A stretch of 64,000 nt of DNA from positions 1-64,000 of IMG/VR virus record IMGVR_UViG_2648501152_000001; one strand, given 5' to 3'. Under the pieces are notes generated by a model. That model saw only the letters and a list, made by a program, of their open reading frames with translations. It ran no database searches and was not told the DNA's origin. The DNA is from a virus (taxonomy: Duplodnaviria; Caudoviricetes). Position numbers and translations under genes: made by a program. Of the stretch, positions 54,286 through 63,476 are shown one piece after another. Every line of letters begins with the position of its first letter. The first letter of the stretch is position 1.

Positions 54286-55481
54286 GCCTTGCCGACGACC
54301 TCGACAGCACCCCAATCGATCAGGCCGCAAACAAGGGTTCAATCGACGTAACGCCCGATGGCGCGAGCGTCAACAACGTCGTGGTGGATTCCCCGGTCAA
54401 CGATGACTGGTCCGCGGTGTTCGCGCTGTTCAACATGAGCGCAGCCGAATTCGAGGTTGTCGACGACACGGTGCGGATGAGCACGTGGCAGCAGTCCCGC
54501 CGCACCGCCGACGGTGACCGTGATGTGGTGCAGTTGTATTCGTACAGCGCCAGGTTCCGGCGGAAGCCTAAGCAACGCCTGTCGGATGCCGAGGTTGATG
54601 AGCGTCGTGCCGCACTCCGCTCATGGACGGTCCCGACCCGCACCCCATCAAGGAACGGCACCCCGGTTGCCGCGGTCGTCAACCTCGCAGACATTCAGGG
54701 CGGCAAGAACGAAGGCGGCGACACCGGGGTAGCGGCAACCCAGCAGCGGCTCACCGATGGTCTCGAAAACGTGCAAGCCTGGCTCGACCGCATGCGCGAA
54801 GACCACAACATCACCGAAATCGTGATCGCCAACAACGGTGACCCCATCGAAGGCTGCGACGGCTCCTACGCCAACCAACTGTTCTCCGTGGAGCTGAACA
54901 CCCGGCAGCAGTACAACTTCGCGCTCGACATGTGGGAACTCTATGCCCGCACACTGTTCCCCCAGTTCGACAAGGCGCAGTTCGTGTCAGTTTTGTGCAA
55001 CCACGGCACAATGGCACGCCTCGGAACGAACAAGAACCGCACCGACGACTCCGATAACGCCGGCGGATTCCTCGCGGAAACGTTGCGGCGTGTCCTGTCC
55101 GGGCATGAAGCGTTCGATCATGTGCAGTGGACGATCCCGCACGACGAAATGAACGTGTACCCGGTCGTGGCTGGAGTTCCTATGGCGTTCAACCACGGTC
55201 ATCAGATCCCCGGTAGTGATGCGTCCGGGTTTGAAAAGTGGCTGAACGGCCAGGTTCGTGGCGATGCTGGAGCACATCGCGCGAAGATATGGCAGACGGC
55301 ACACAAACACCACTTTGCGTGCTGGGACATGGGGTCGTGCACGGTGTTTCAGGCCCCCAGCGTTGACGGGGGCAGCAAGTGGCTGCGCGATAAAACCGGG
55401 AAGTTCTCACGTTCCGGGATTTTGACGTATCTGGTGGGTGAGCATTCCCCGCTGGGCTGGTCCGACATGGCATTCCTCTAG
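54282..55481 (+). CDS. Metallophosphoesterase-fold protein (putative exonuclease)
   Basis: ADIQ.GK, GD.IE, CNHG, HGHQ, AHKHH. Confidence 0.75.
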   Translation: MSLADDLDSTPIDQAANKGSIDVTPDGASVNNVVVDSPVNDDWSAVFALFNMSAAEFEVVDDTVRMSTWQQSRRTADGDRDVVQLYSYSARFRRKPKQRLSDAEVDERRAALRSWTVPTRTPSRNGTPVAAVVNLADIQGGKNEGGDTGVAATQQRLTDGLENVQAWLDRMREDHNITEIVIANNGDPIEGCDGSYANQLFSVELNTRQQYNFALDMWELYARTLFPQFDKAQFVSVLCNHGTMARLGTNKNRTDDSDNAGGFLAETLRRVLSGHEAFDHVQWTIPHDEMNVYPVVAGVPMAFNHGHQIPGSDASGFEKWLNGQVRGDAGAHRAKIWQTAHKHHFACWDMGSCTVFQAPSVDGGSKWLRDKTGKFSRSGILTYLVGEHSPLGWSDMAFL

Positions 55482-55548
55482 TTTCCACGTTCGTTTTTCC
55501 ACAATTTCATAGCGTGCCAGGGCGCTAGTTCTCTAACAGGAGTTCAGC

Positions 55549-57201
55549 ATGGGTCTTCCCGAAGGTTCGACTAGCGCACCGTGGCCCCCGAAGCCGTTCG
55601 ACACCGCACAAGACCAATTCCAACTCTGGAACGCTTGGTTCTCCAACGACACTGATGCGTTGTACGAGTGGTATTCGCAGCCCGGAGCCCACGCGCGACC
55701 CTCGCAGTATGCGGGTGGCATCGTCGGTCGGGTGGCACGGTTCTTCTGGGGGCGTCCGATGCAGCAGGCATCGAAGCGCATCCATGTGCCGGCGGCATCG
55801 GATATTGCGCGTACGGGCGCGGATCTGCTGTTTTCTCAGCCGCCGCAGTGGGTGCTAGCAGAGTCGGATGTGAAGGGCGGAAAGGCGCAGTTCGAGGCGG
55901 CGCAGAAGCGGCTTGAGGTGTTGCTCGAATCGTCTGATGTGAACGCAACCCTGTTGGAGGCCGCGGAGATTCAGGCCGCACTCGGCGGCGTGTATTTGCG
56001 CTTGTGGTGGGATAAGGATGTGACCCGCAAAGTCATGCTGTCCGCGGTGGGTGCGGATGGTGCGATCCCCGAATGGCGGTACGGGCAGCTCGCTGCGGTC
56101 ACGTTCTGGACCGAATGGAAAGACGAAAAGTCCGGTGTGTGGCGCCACCTGGAACGACACTCGCCTGGTTTCATCGAACACGGCCTCTACAAGGGCGAAA
56201 CAGACACCCTCGGCAGGTTGATGCCGCTCACTGACCGTACCGAAACGGAATGGGCAGCAGACCTCGTCGATGCAGAGGGCCGCATCCCGACCGGTGTCAA
56301 AGGTCTCACCGCCGCCTATGTGCCGAACGTCCGGCCCAGTCGCATGTGGCGCAGCATCCCCGGCCTCTCACTACTCGGACGCTCCGACTACGACGGGCTT
56401 GAGCCACTGTTCGACGCTCTCGACGAAGCGTGGACGTCGTGGATGCGGGACATTGACCACGGCAAGTCCCGCCTGTTCGTCGATGCCGAAGCACTCGAAG
56501 ACAATGGCCCTGGTCGTGGCGCGTCGTTCGACCCCGAACAGCCCGTCTACACCCCGGTTCCGCGCCCCGGTTTGGGTGATGATCCGACCCGTAGCCTCGT
56601 GGAGGCGCAGCAGTTCACGATCCGCTACGCCGAACACCACGCCACGGTGAAGGATCTCATGACCCGCATCCTCGTCGGCGCCGGCTACTCCGTGTCCGAC
56701 TTCGGTGACGATGAAATGTCGTCCGCAGTCACCGCAACCGAAATCAACGCCCGCAAGGATCTGTCCAACCGCACCCGTTCCAAGAAGATCGGGTATTGGC
56801 GGTCGGGGATGGAAGAACTTGCCCGCACCATGCTCGAACTCGATGCAGTGGTGTACGCCGATGAGCGGGAAACGCCGTTCGAGGTGGTTGCGAATCCGGA
56901 GATGAAGTTCCCGGTGCGTCAGGATCAGACTCCGGTGCAGGTGGCGGAGATGGTGGCGCGTTGGTTCGATTCGGGTTCCGCATCCACAGAAACCAGGGTG
57001 CGGACGATTTGGCCGAACTGGTCGAACGATCAGGTGCAGGAGGAGTTGGAGCGCATCAAGGACGATCGAAAGCTGGACGATATGCCTTCCGAGTTCGATA
57101 CTCCCACGTTCGGCGGCGGTACTGATGAAGCTGAGTTTGAGCCGCCGACCCGCCCCGAGGGTGACATGGGTGCCGATGGGGAAGAGTTGGACGGCGAATA
57201 G
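55549..57201 (+). CDS. Portal protein
   Basis: 550 aa after terL; LGRSDY, LDEAWTSWMRD, TATEI motifs of A118/SPP1-like portals. Confidence 0.9.
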   Translation: MGLPEGSTSAPWPPKPFDTAQDQFQLWNAWFSNDTDALYEWYSQPGAHARPSQYAGGIVGRVARFFWGRPMQQASKRIHVPAASDIARTGADLLFSQPPQWVLAESDVKGGKAQFEAAQKRLEVLLESSDVNATLLEAAEIQAALGGVYLRLWWDKDVTRKVMLSAVGADGAIPEWRYGQLAAVTFWTEWKDEKSGVWRHLERHSPGFIEHGLYKGETDTLGRLMPLTDRTETEWAADLVDAEGRIPTGVKGLTAAYVPNVRPSRMWRSIPGLSLLGRSDYDGLEPLFDALDEAWTSWMRDIDHGKSRLFVDAEALEDNGPGRGASFDPEQPVYTPVPRPGLGDDPTRSLVEAQQFTIRYAEHHATVKDLMTRILVGAGYSVSDFGDDEMSSAVTATEINARKDLSNRTRSKKIGYWRSGMEELARTMLELDAVVYADERETPFEVVANPEMKFPVRQDQTPVQVAEMVARWFDSGSASTETRVRTIWPNWSNDQVQEELERIKDDRKLDDMPSEFDTPTFGGGTDEAEFEPPTRPEGDMGADGEELDGE

Positions 57202-57204
57202 TCG

Positions 57205-58401
57205 ATGCCACTAACACCCAGCTTCGGGGACAAGATAGCCGCGAAGATCGTCGCCCTGTATGCGGCAGGCGAGGAACAACTCTACCGGTTTCTCGCCAAG
57301 TCGTTGCAGGGGGAGCGGGGCACGGGTGCGAATTGGGCTGCCCGCATGATCATCAAAGTCGGTCCGGTTCGGGTGGGTGTGCAACGCATCCTGGATCGGT
57401 TGCATGGTGAGTCGCGGGTGATGGTGACTGAGGCGATTCGGCAGGCGTGGGAGAACGGCAGGAATGCCGCCCTGGAGGATATTCCGGGTGAGCGTGTTCC
57501 GGTGTTCAACGTGGATGGTGCGTCGGCGCGGGCTGCGGAGGAGTTGAATCAGCGCCTGGTGGAGACTCGTCCGCGTGCCGCAGAATCCGCGTCGAACATC
57601 TACCGCCAGGTGATCGATGAAGTGACGCGGGATGAGTCGATCACGTCGGAGGCGTCACGCAAGAGGTTGGTGCAGCGGGCGTTGGATCGGTTCGCGCGTG
57701 ATGGGATCACGTCGTTCATCGATCAGCGTGGACGCAACTACGACCTGGTCTCGTACACGGAGATGGCTGTGCGTGCCGCGGTGTCCGAAGGTGAGATCAA
57801 CGCCTACATGCAGCAGTTGGTTGCGGCAGGAATCGACCTCGTGGTGATCAGTGACGTGCCTCAGAGCTGTGCCCTTTGTGAACCCTTCGAGTCAAAGCTA
57901 GTTTCGATCACGGGCGCCACTCGCGCTGCAATCTGGGTGGACCCTGAGACAGGGCGAACCCGTTCCGTTCCTGTGTTCTCCACGTTAGCGGAGGCCCGTG
58001 CCGCTGGACTGTGGCACCCTGGTTGCCGTCACGTGGCGAAGGGTTGGACGCCGGATAGTCCGTTTCCGCCGCCGGCTGATCCGCCCGACCCCGAGGGATA
58101 TAAGGCGACGCAGCGACTCCGGGCGTTGGAACGGCGTGTGAGGCGTGAGAAGCGGGTGCTAGCGGCAGCGATGTCGCCGGAGGCGGAAACGGCGGCGCGG
58201 CGCAGGATTCGTGGTGTGCAAGCACAGATCCGTGACCATATTGCGCGTACGGGTGTGCAGCGTAGACGCGACCGCGAACAACTGCATCGGGGGTATGAGT
58301 CGACTCCGGATGCGCGTGCATTGAATGCCGAAAAGCGGACACAGCAACGGAAGACCGTGGATGAGTTGGTGGAGGAGATTCGCAGCGAGCGCGGACAGTA
58401 G
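57205..58401 (+). CDS. Minor capsid / capsid maturation protein
   Basis: GITSFIDQRGRNY....Y.EMAVR, C.LC.PFE, GLWHPGCRH, QRLRALERRVR. Confidence 0.85.
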   Translation: MPLTPSFGDKIAAKIVALYAAGEEQLYRFLAKSLQGERGTGANWAARMIIKVGPVRVGVQRILDRLHGESRVMVTEAIRQAWENGRNAALEDIPGERVPVFNVDGASARAAEELNQRLVETRPRAAESASNIYRQVIDEVTRDESITSEASRKRLVQRALDRFARDGITSFIDQRGRNYDLVSYTEMAVRAAVSEGEINAYMQQLVAAGIDLVVISDVPQSCALCEPFESKLVSITGATRAAIWVDPETGRTRSVPVFSTLAEARAAGLWHPGCRHVAKGWTPDSPFPPPADPPDPEGYKATQRLRALERRVRREKRVLAAAMSPEAETAARRRIRGVQAQIRDHIARTGVQRRRDREQLHRGYESTPDARALNAEKRTQQRKTVDELVEEIRSERGQ

Positions 58402-58411
58402 GTGAACGCGA

Positions 58412-58445
58412 CGAAGCCCACGACCTGTGTGGATCGGGGGCTTCG
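58412..58445. terminator. Bidirectional hairpin between convergent genes
   Basis: CGAAGCCC...GGGCTTCG. Confidence 0.55.
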
Positions 58446-58502
58446 GTTCCTGGCGGGACACGATTGGGTTGCGCACGGTCGTTGGCCAGGAAAGTATTGG
58501 GG

Positions 58503-59279
58503 TTACTGCTCGTCGTAGAGCCGCTTCGATTCTACCCAAAGATCCTTCAGTATCGTCTTCGCCACCAGGCGCACAGCCATAGCGTGCTGGTGCCCGTCAT
58601 TCCGCACCGAACCAACCTCCGCAGGCTTGCCCTTCTTCCCGCAGCGTACGCACTCCACCGCGTGAACAGAATCGGCATACTTGGCGCGGGCATCCCGATA
58701 CACAGTCTCGTACGGGCTGGTCTTGAACTTCGGAACAGCCGACGCAATCACCCACGTGCGCTTCCGGGCATTCTCAGACCAGTTCGACTGCTGACCACGA
58801 GTACGGCGCGGAGCCGCACCGTTGCGCACATCGAACCCGCAGTAAGCCCACAGTTCGCTCACCGTACGCGGACGCTCGTGCAGGTCGTTCCAGTACGGGT
58901 CGCCGATCGCCGCCAACAGGCGCGCAGACTGCTTCAACCCGAGACCAGAAGTGCTCGTCACGAACTTCCCCAGCGGGTGCATCTTCATGGCCTTCTCAAG
59001 GTTCTTCACCGCATCCTTCTCGGCCTGAACCATCGCCTCAACCGTATCCGCCAACTTCACCACAACAGGATTGTCGTGGGTGAGCCCGAAACCGCGTTCC
59101 TCGCCATCCTTGTCGACCTCATCCAGTCCACGGGTGAGGATGCGGATACGGTTCATGTTGGCGATTCGGACCGTTTCCAGGTCGTCTACCACGTCCGCGA
59201 GAGTGCCCAGCACCCCGTCGCGCAGCCAACCGCCAGTCTTGATCGAAGACAGGGTTACATTCGGTTCGGTCGTGGTCAC
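58503..59279 (-). CDS. Nuclease-less Tas protein (TasA-like; Nop/IS110 RNA-binding domain)
   Basis: Coiled coil (RIANMNR...EKDAVKNLEKAMKMHPL), GLGLKQSARLLAAIGD, TVSELWAYCG, H.HAMAVRLVAKTILKDLW; no DEDD RuvC or HNH; downstream of dual-spacer array. Confidence 0.85.
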   Translation of the reverse strand: MTTTEPNVTLSSIKTGGWLRDGVLGTLADVVDDLETVRIANMNRIRILTRGLDEVDKDGEERGFGLTHDNPVVVKLADTVEAMVQAEKDAVKNLEKAMKMHPLGKFVTSTSGLGLKQSARLLAAIGDPYWNDLHERPRTVSELWAYCGFDVRNGAAPRRTRGQQSNWSENARKRTWVIASAVPKFKTSPYETVYRDARAKYADSVHAVECVRCGKKGKPAEVGSVRNDGHQHAMAVRLVAKTILKDLWVESKRLYDEQ

Positions 59280-59815
59280 TTCGGCTCCCTCAGGGTTGCG
59301 GCGACAGCTGCGGGCAGATCGGCGACGGTCTCGACGTTGTGCTTGAGCATGAGCGACTGCACCGCCGAGTAATAGTCAGCCCAGTGTGCGTTCTGTTCGA
59401 TACGCGCCTGATATCCAGCGACCACGTGCGAGAGATCATCTGTGGTGCAGGAGCCGAACTTTTTGCGCTCGCCGGCGACGTAGATGGATGCTTGGAGGGC
59501 GCGTGCCCATGCGGATGCTGCGACGAGTCGTTTGGCGGAGCGTGCGGGGCGGCGGACTCCGCTGACGGTTTCCTGCTGGATGCTGGTGGGCGCGTTGTCG
59601 TCGGTGTCTCGGGTGGCGCGGATCGCTGACAGTCTGCTCTGGCCGACTTTGATGCGCACGTATTCTACGAGTGCTTGATGGTAGAACTCGTGGAGGAGAC
59701 TGTCGGGGGTTTCGGTTGCGACGGCTGCCGCGATTTTGCGGGGGTCGACTTCGGTGGTGTTGTCGAGGTGCTGTCGCACGAATTGTGCGAGTGTGATGGT
59801 TTCCGTGGTGGTCAC
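59276..59815 (-). CDS. Uncharacterised protein co-transcribed with array and Tas gene
   Basis: GGAAGG RBS, GTG start, GTGA overlap with Tas start. Confidence 0.8.
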   Translation of the reverse strand: MTTTETITLAQFVRQHLDNTTEVDPRKIAAAVATETPDSLLHEFYHQALVEYVRIKVGQSRLSAIRATRDTDDNAPTSIQQETVSGVRRPARSAKRLVAASAWARALQASIYVAGERKKFGSCTTDDLSHVVAGYQARIEQNAHWADYYSAVQSLMLKHNVETVADLPAAVAATLREPK

Positions 59816-59836
59816 GGTTCATCCTTCCTGTTGGGT

Positions 59837-60403
59837 CCCGAAGCGTATGTGGTGTGGGTTTCTGGCTTCTCTTGGCTTCGGGAAGTTGAACCGGCAAGCG
59901 AGCATTGATTGGATCGCGTATAGACTTTGGCTTGCCGGAGTTTGGTTCCAGTCAGTCGAGGTGTGAATGGGTCACATCATGCACTTGGACTGACTGAAAG
60001 TTGGGTGCCACGCCAGCGGGCGGTGTTCGGGTATCGCAGTGCCGGTGGCTGGTGTGGCAAGTTGAATCCGCCGAACGGCAGTTTTTTGGGAACCGCATAG
60101 GAGATGGTTCGACGGAAGTTGAGTCCCCACAGCAGGACGTAATTGGGCATCGCTGCTTCTTTGGCTGTGGGTAAGTTGGGTCCGAAGACGGCGGGAGTTG
60201 CTTGGGTTCCGCGCGCGCGATGGCCGTCTTCGGAAGTTGAAACCCGCCGCAGAAACCGAATGGTGCTCGCGTCCTTGATGGCGGCGGGAAGATTGGTTCC
60301 GCAAGCGAGGTGTCCGTGGGTATCGCAGATGTCCTGGCTTGCGGAGGAATGAACACCGCACGCGATTTGCCATTGGGTTTCGAACCCTTCTTGGCGTGCG
60401 GTG
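59837..60403 (-). ncRNA. TIGR-type stem-loop guide RNA array, 10 units
   Basis: Each about 57-nt unit: unique 7-11 bp stem, CCA, 9 nt, (C/T/A)G-N4-CC(A/G), 9 nt, (C/T)G, stem; linkers mostly ending CAACTT. Confidence 0.92.
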
Positions 60404-60482
60404 AGATCGTGGGCAACTGTGTCGTGGGCGCTGTGTGTCATGTTCACTGCCGCTCCTTCCGTCGTGGTTGCCGTATAGCTAG

Positions 60483-60511
60483 ACAGTAACCAAGCATGCG
60501 GGTTCACGCAA
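60483..60511 (-). promoter_or_regulatory. Putative promoter of array-Tas operon
   Basis: TTGCGT-17-TACTGT on minus strand. Confidence 0.65.
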
Positions 60512-60720
60512 CCCGTACAACGAAGAATCTTCGGATCAAGCCTCAGGCCTTTAATCGGCTTGACTCAAGGTGATAGACTTGATAACCGAGGCAGGGTTGT
60601 CCCCAAAACACCCCGCAATCCCCATGCCCCGAGTGGCATTCCCCGAACCCGCATTGCCCTGGTGGCGCGCGGGTTTTCTCGTTCCCGGCCCGGAGCCGGC
60701 TCCCGAGGAGACAACTTCAT

Positions 60721-61479
60721 ATGGCCGACGAAGCCACCCCGACCGAAACCACCGTCACAGAGACCGTGGCAGAGGACACCACCCCCGTTGCCGAAACCGC
60801 CGGCGGTGCTGATCAGACCGCAGAGAACACCGACAACACCACCCAGGTCGACACCCCCGAGGCAGAGACCGACACCCCCGCAGACGAACCCGAAGAGCGC
60901 ACCTACACCAAGGCCGAACTCGACAAGGTCAAGCGGGAAGCACAGAAACTCCGCCAGCGCCTGAAGGACGAAACCGAGGCTGCCGCCAAGGCCGCTGCCG
61001 AGGCATCCGAAAAGGCCATTGCGGAGCGAATCGGGAAGGCCCTCGGGCTCATCCCCGAAGAGAACGACCAGCCTGTCGACCCCGCCGTGCTCCTCGAGCA
61101 GGCCGCGGAGCGCGAAGCGCAGATCGCCAACGAGCGTGACGCAGCCCGCGCCGAAATCGCCGCCTACCGGCTCGAACAGGCACTCACCAAGGCCGCCAAC
61201 AATGTAGACGGCGACCTCGACATCCTCGTTCCCTACCTTCGCGGTACGGGAGCACTCGACAAGCTCGACCCCACTGCCGACGACTACAACGCCCAGGTGG
61301 CCGAAATCGTCACGCACGCAGTCGAAGCGAACGCCAAGCTGGAGAAGGCGGCCCCGGTGGCTGCTCCTGCACGCAGCGGAGGCGACCTCAACGGCGGAAC
61401 CGGCGCACCCAAGCGCGGACCCAAATCCGTCGAAGACTTCATCCGCGAAGCCCGCGAAAAGCGCGCCCGCGACCTCTGA
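60721..61479 (+). CDS. Scaffolding protein
   Basis: Acidic N-terminus, coiled coil, SGGD motif, precedes capsid. Confidence 0.85.
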   Translation: MADEATPTETTVTETVAEDTTPVAETAGGADQTAENTDNTTQVDTPEAETDTPADEPEERTYTKAELDKVKREAQKLRQRLKDETEAAAKAAAEASEKAIAERIGKALGLIPEENDQPVDPAVLLEQAAEREAQIANERDAARAEIAAYRLEQALTKAANNVDGDLDILVPYLRGTGALDKLDPTADDYNAQVAEIVTHAVEANAKLEKAAPVAAPARSGGDLNGGTGAPKRGPKSVEDFIREAREKRARDL

Positions 61480-61495
61480 CTCTTAGGAGACCATC

Positions 61496-62413
61496 GTGGT
61501 CAATACCTTTCTCACCCCTGACGTTATCGCCGCCAAGGCTCTCGCCACCCTCTACGAGAACCTCACCATGCTGCCCCTCGTCTACACCGACGTGTCCAGC
61601 GACTTCTCGCGCAGCAAGGTCGGCTCCGTTGTGAACGTGCGCAAGCCCGCCACCTTCACCGCGAACGAGTTCGATCGCGCCTCTGGCATCACCATCCAGA
61701 ACGCCACCGAGTCCAGCGTCCCGGTCACCCTGGACAAGATCGCCGACGTGTCGTTCGCCGTCACCTCTGAGGATCTCACCCTGCACCTCGAGGACTTCGC
61801 GGCGCAGCTCCTCGCCCCCGCCACCGAAGCCATCGCCCAGAAGATTGATCGGGACATCCTCGCCCTCAAGTCGAACGTCACCCAGGTTGCGGGCACCGGC
61901 ACCGGCTTCGAGTGGACCAAGCCCGAGGCGCTGATCGAGGCGGATCGTCTCCTCAACATCAAGAACGTTCCCCCGTCGGAGCGCGCCGCTGTTGTTGGCC
62001 CCACCACGCGGGCGAACTGGCTGAACAGCGACATCATCAAGTTCGCTGACAAGTCCGGCTCCACCGATGCGCTGCGTCGCGGTTCGATCGGTTCGGGCCT
62101 GTTCGGGTTCGATGCCTACATGACGCAGAACGTTGCGCAGCCGGCTCAGTCCCCGGCGTCGGGTGAGCCGACCACCGAGGTTGGTGTTGCGTTCCACAAG
62201 ACCGCGTTCGCGTTCGCGTCGGCTCCGCTGGCACTCCCGTCGGACACCGGCGAGTGGGCTGCCACCCAGTCCTACAAGGGCCTGAACCTGCGTGTCGTCA
62301 AGAGCTACGACATCTCGAAGAAGCAAGATGTGATTTCCGTGGATGTTCTCTACGGTGTCGATGTTCTGGATGCGAACCGCGCTGTTCTGCTGCGTGGCGC
62401 TCTCGCTGCCTGA
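61496..62413 (+). CDS. Major capsid protein (P22 coat-like)
   Basis: NTFLTP..IA..AL, GSVVNVRKP, AFHKTAFAFA, DVLYGV. Confidence 0.92.
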   Translation: MVNTFLTPDVIAAKALATLYENLTMLPLVYTDVSSDFSRSKVGSVVNVRKPATFTANEFDRASGITIQNATESSVPVTLDKIADVSFAVTSEDLTLHLEDFAAQLLAPATEAIAQKIDRDILALKSNVTQVAGTGTGFEWTKPEALIEADRLLNIKNVPPSERAAVVGPTTRANWLNSDIIKFADKSGSTDALRRGSIGSGLFGFDAYMTQNVAQPAQSPASGEPTTEVGVAFHKTAFAFASAPLALPSDTGEWAATQSYKGLNLRVVKSYDISKKQDVISVDVLYGVDVLDANRAVLLRGALAA

Positions 62414-62478
62414 TCCCCTTCACTAGCTTCCGCGGCGCCATGACTTCGGTTGTGGCGCCGCGGTTGTGAGGAGACATT

Positions 62479-62718
62479 GTGTCGTTTGTTTACCGCTATA
62501 CGGGTTCCGATCAGGATTTGACGGTGCGTTCGGATGTGCGCCGCTATGACCTGGAGGAGTGGGCGTGCTGGGAGCGAGTCTCGGAGGCTGAGGTGAAGCC
62601 CGCCAAGGCTGAGCCTGTCGCTGTCGAGGCTGAGCAGCCGGTTGTGGAGGACAAGCCCGCAGAGGCCCCGAAGCGCCGCACCCGCCGCAAGCCCGCCGGC
62701 ACCGAGGTTGAGGACTAG
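62479..62718 (+). CDS. Hypothetical virion-cluster protein
   Basis: GAGGAG RBS. Confidence 0.6.
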   Translation: MSFVYRYTGSDQDLTVRSDVRRYDLEEWACWERVSEAEVKPAKAEPVAVEAEQPVVEDKPAEAPKRRTRRKPAGTEVED

Positions 62719-62721
62719 CCG

Positions 62722-63135
62722 TTGCTGGTCTACGCCACGGTCGACGAAGTTGAAGCCTTCACAGGCGAACCAGCACCCGCCAATGCTGCGAAGTTGATTC
62801 GTACCGCATCCGGCATGGTTCGTGACATCACCCGCCTCGCACGCTACGACACCCTCCCGAACGGTTTGCCCGAGGACGATGATCTTCGGCTTGCCATGTC
62901 GGAGGCGGTGTGTGCGCAGGTGGAGTCGTGGACGGCGGCGGGGATCGATCCGGTGGCTGGTGTGGCTGGTCGTGAGGTTGCGGTGCAGTCGCAGTCCGCT
63001 GATGGAGGTTCGGTGACGTACACGAACCTGCCCAGCGCGGAGGAGATTCGGGCGGCTGTGTCGACGTTGTGCGATTTGTCGGTGTCGATTTTGCGTGATG
63101 CGGGTTTGGTGTCGACGAGGCCGTTGACGTGGTGA
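62722..63135 (+). CDS. Head-to-tail adaptor
   Basis: YATVDE..., AVCAQVE.W, ILRDAGL; position. Confidence 0.75.
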   Translation: MLVYATVDEVEAFTGEPAPANAAKLIRTASGMVRDITRLARYDTLPNGLPEDDDLRLAMSEAVCAQVESWTAAGIDPVAGVAGREVAVQSQSADGGSVTYTNLPSAEEIRAAVSTLCDLSVSILRDAGLVSTRPLTW

Positions 63136-63473
63136 ATTATCCTGCCCGCACCTACCCGAATGGCACCGTGTTGACGGTGGTTAGGCGTGGTGAGGCGGAC
63201 ATTCACGGCGACCGCGCCACCGATTCGACGCACACGATCGGTCCGTGTGACATCAAGTGGCTCAACACCTCGGAAGACACTTCAGAGGGTGAGCAGATCC
63301 AGATCAGCGGGCAGGTGACTGCCCCGGCTGGGTCGGATGTGCTGTCCACGGATGCGATCACACACCCGGACGGACGCAAGTTCCGGATCGATGGGGAAGT
63401 AACCATCCTGGCGCCGAATCCGTTCACCGGGTGGGCGACCGGAGTGCGGTTCGTGATCGTTCACGCGAGGTGA
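63129..63473 (+). CDS. Head-to-tail stopper
   Basis: Position; D.HGD, F.IDGE...NPFTGW. Confidence 0.7.
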   Translation: MVNYPARTYPNGTVLTVVRRGEADIHGDRATDSTHTIGPCDIKWLNTSEDTSEGEQIQISGQVTAPAGSDVLSTDAITHPDGRKFRIDGEVTILAPNPFTGWATGVRFVIVHAR

Positions 63474-63476
63474 ATC

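Noticed and set aside
58503-59279. IS110 transposase
   Set aside because: Lacks the N-terminal DEDD RuvC domain and is too short; only the RNA-binding Nop-like portion is present
59837-60403. CRISPR array
   Set aside because: No identical direct repeats and no cas genes; conservation is structural, with two 9-nt variable segments per unit
59952-60507. ORFs across the array (59952-60416, 59972-60373, 59977-60507)
   Set aside because: Open in several frames with no protein-like features; better explained by the RNA array. A short translated leader after the GAAGGAG near 60455 cannot be excluded
61474-61490. Unit 6 guide (AAAAACTGCATAGGAGA) matching the capsid RBS region
   Set aside because: Only TAGGAGA plus one base match; suggestive but not supportable
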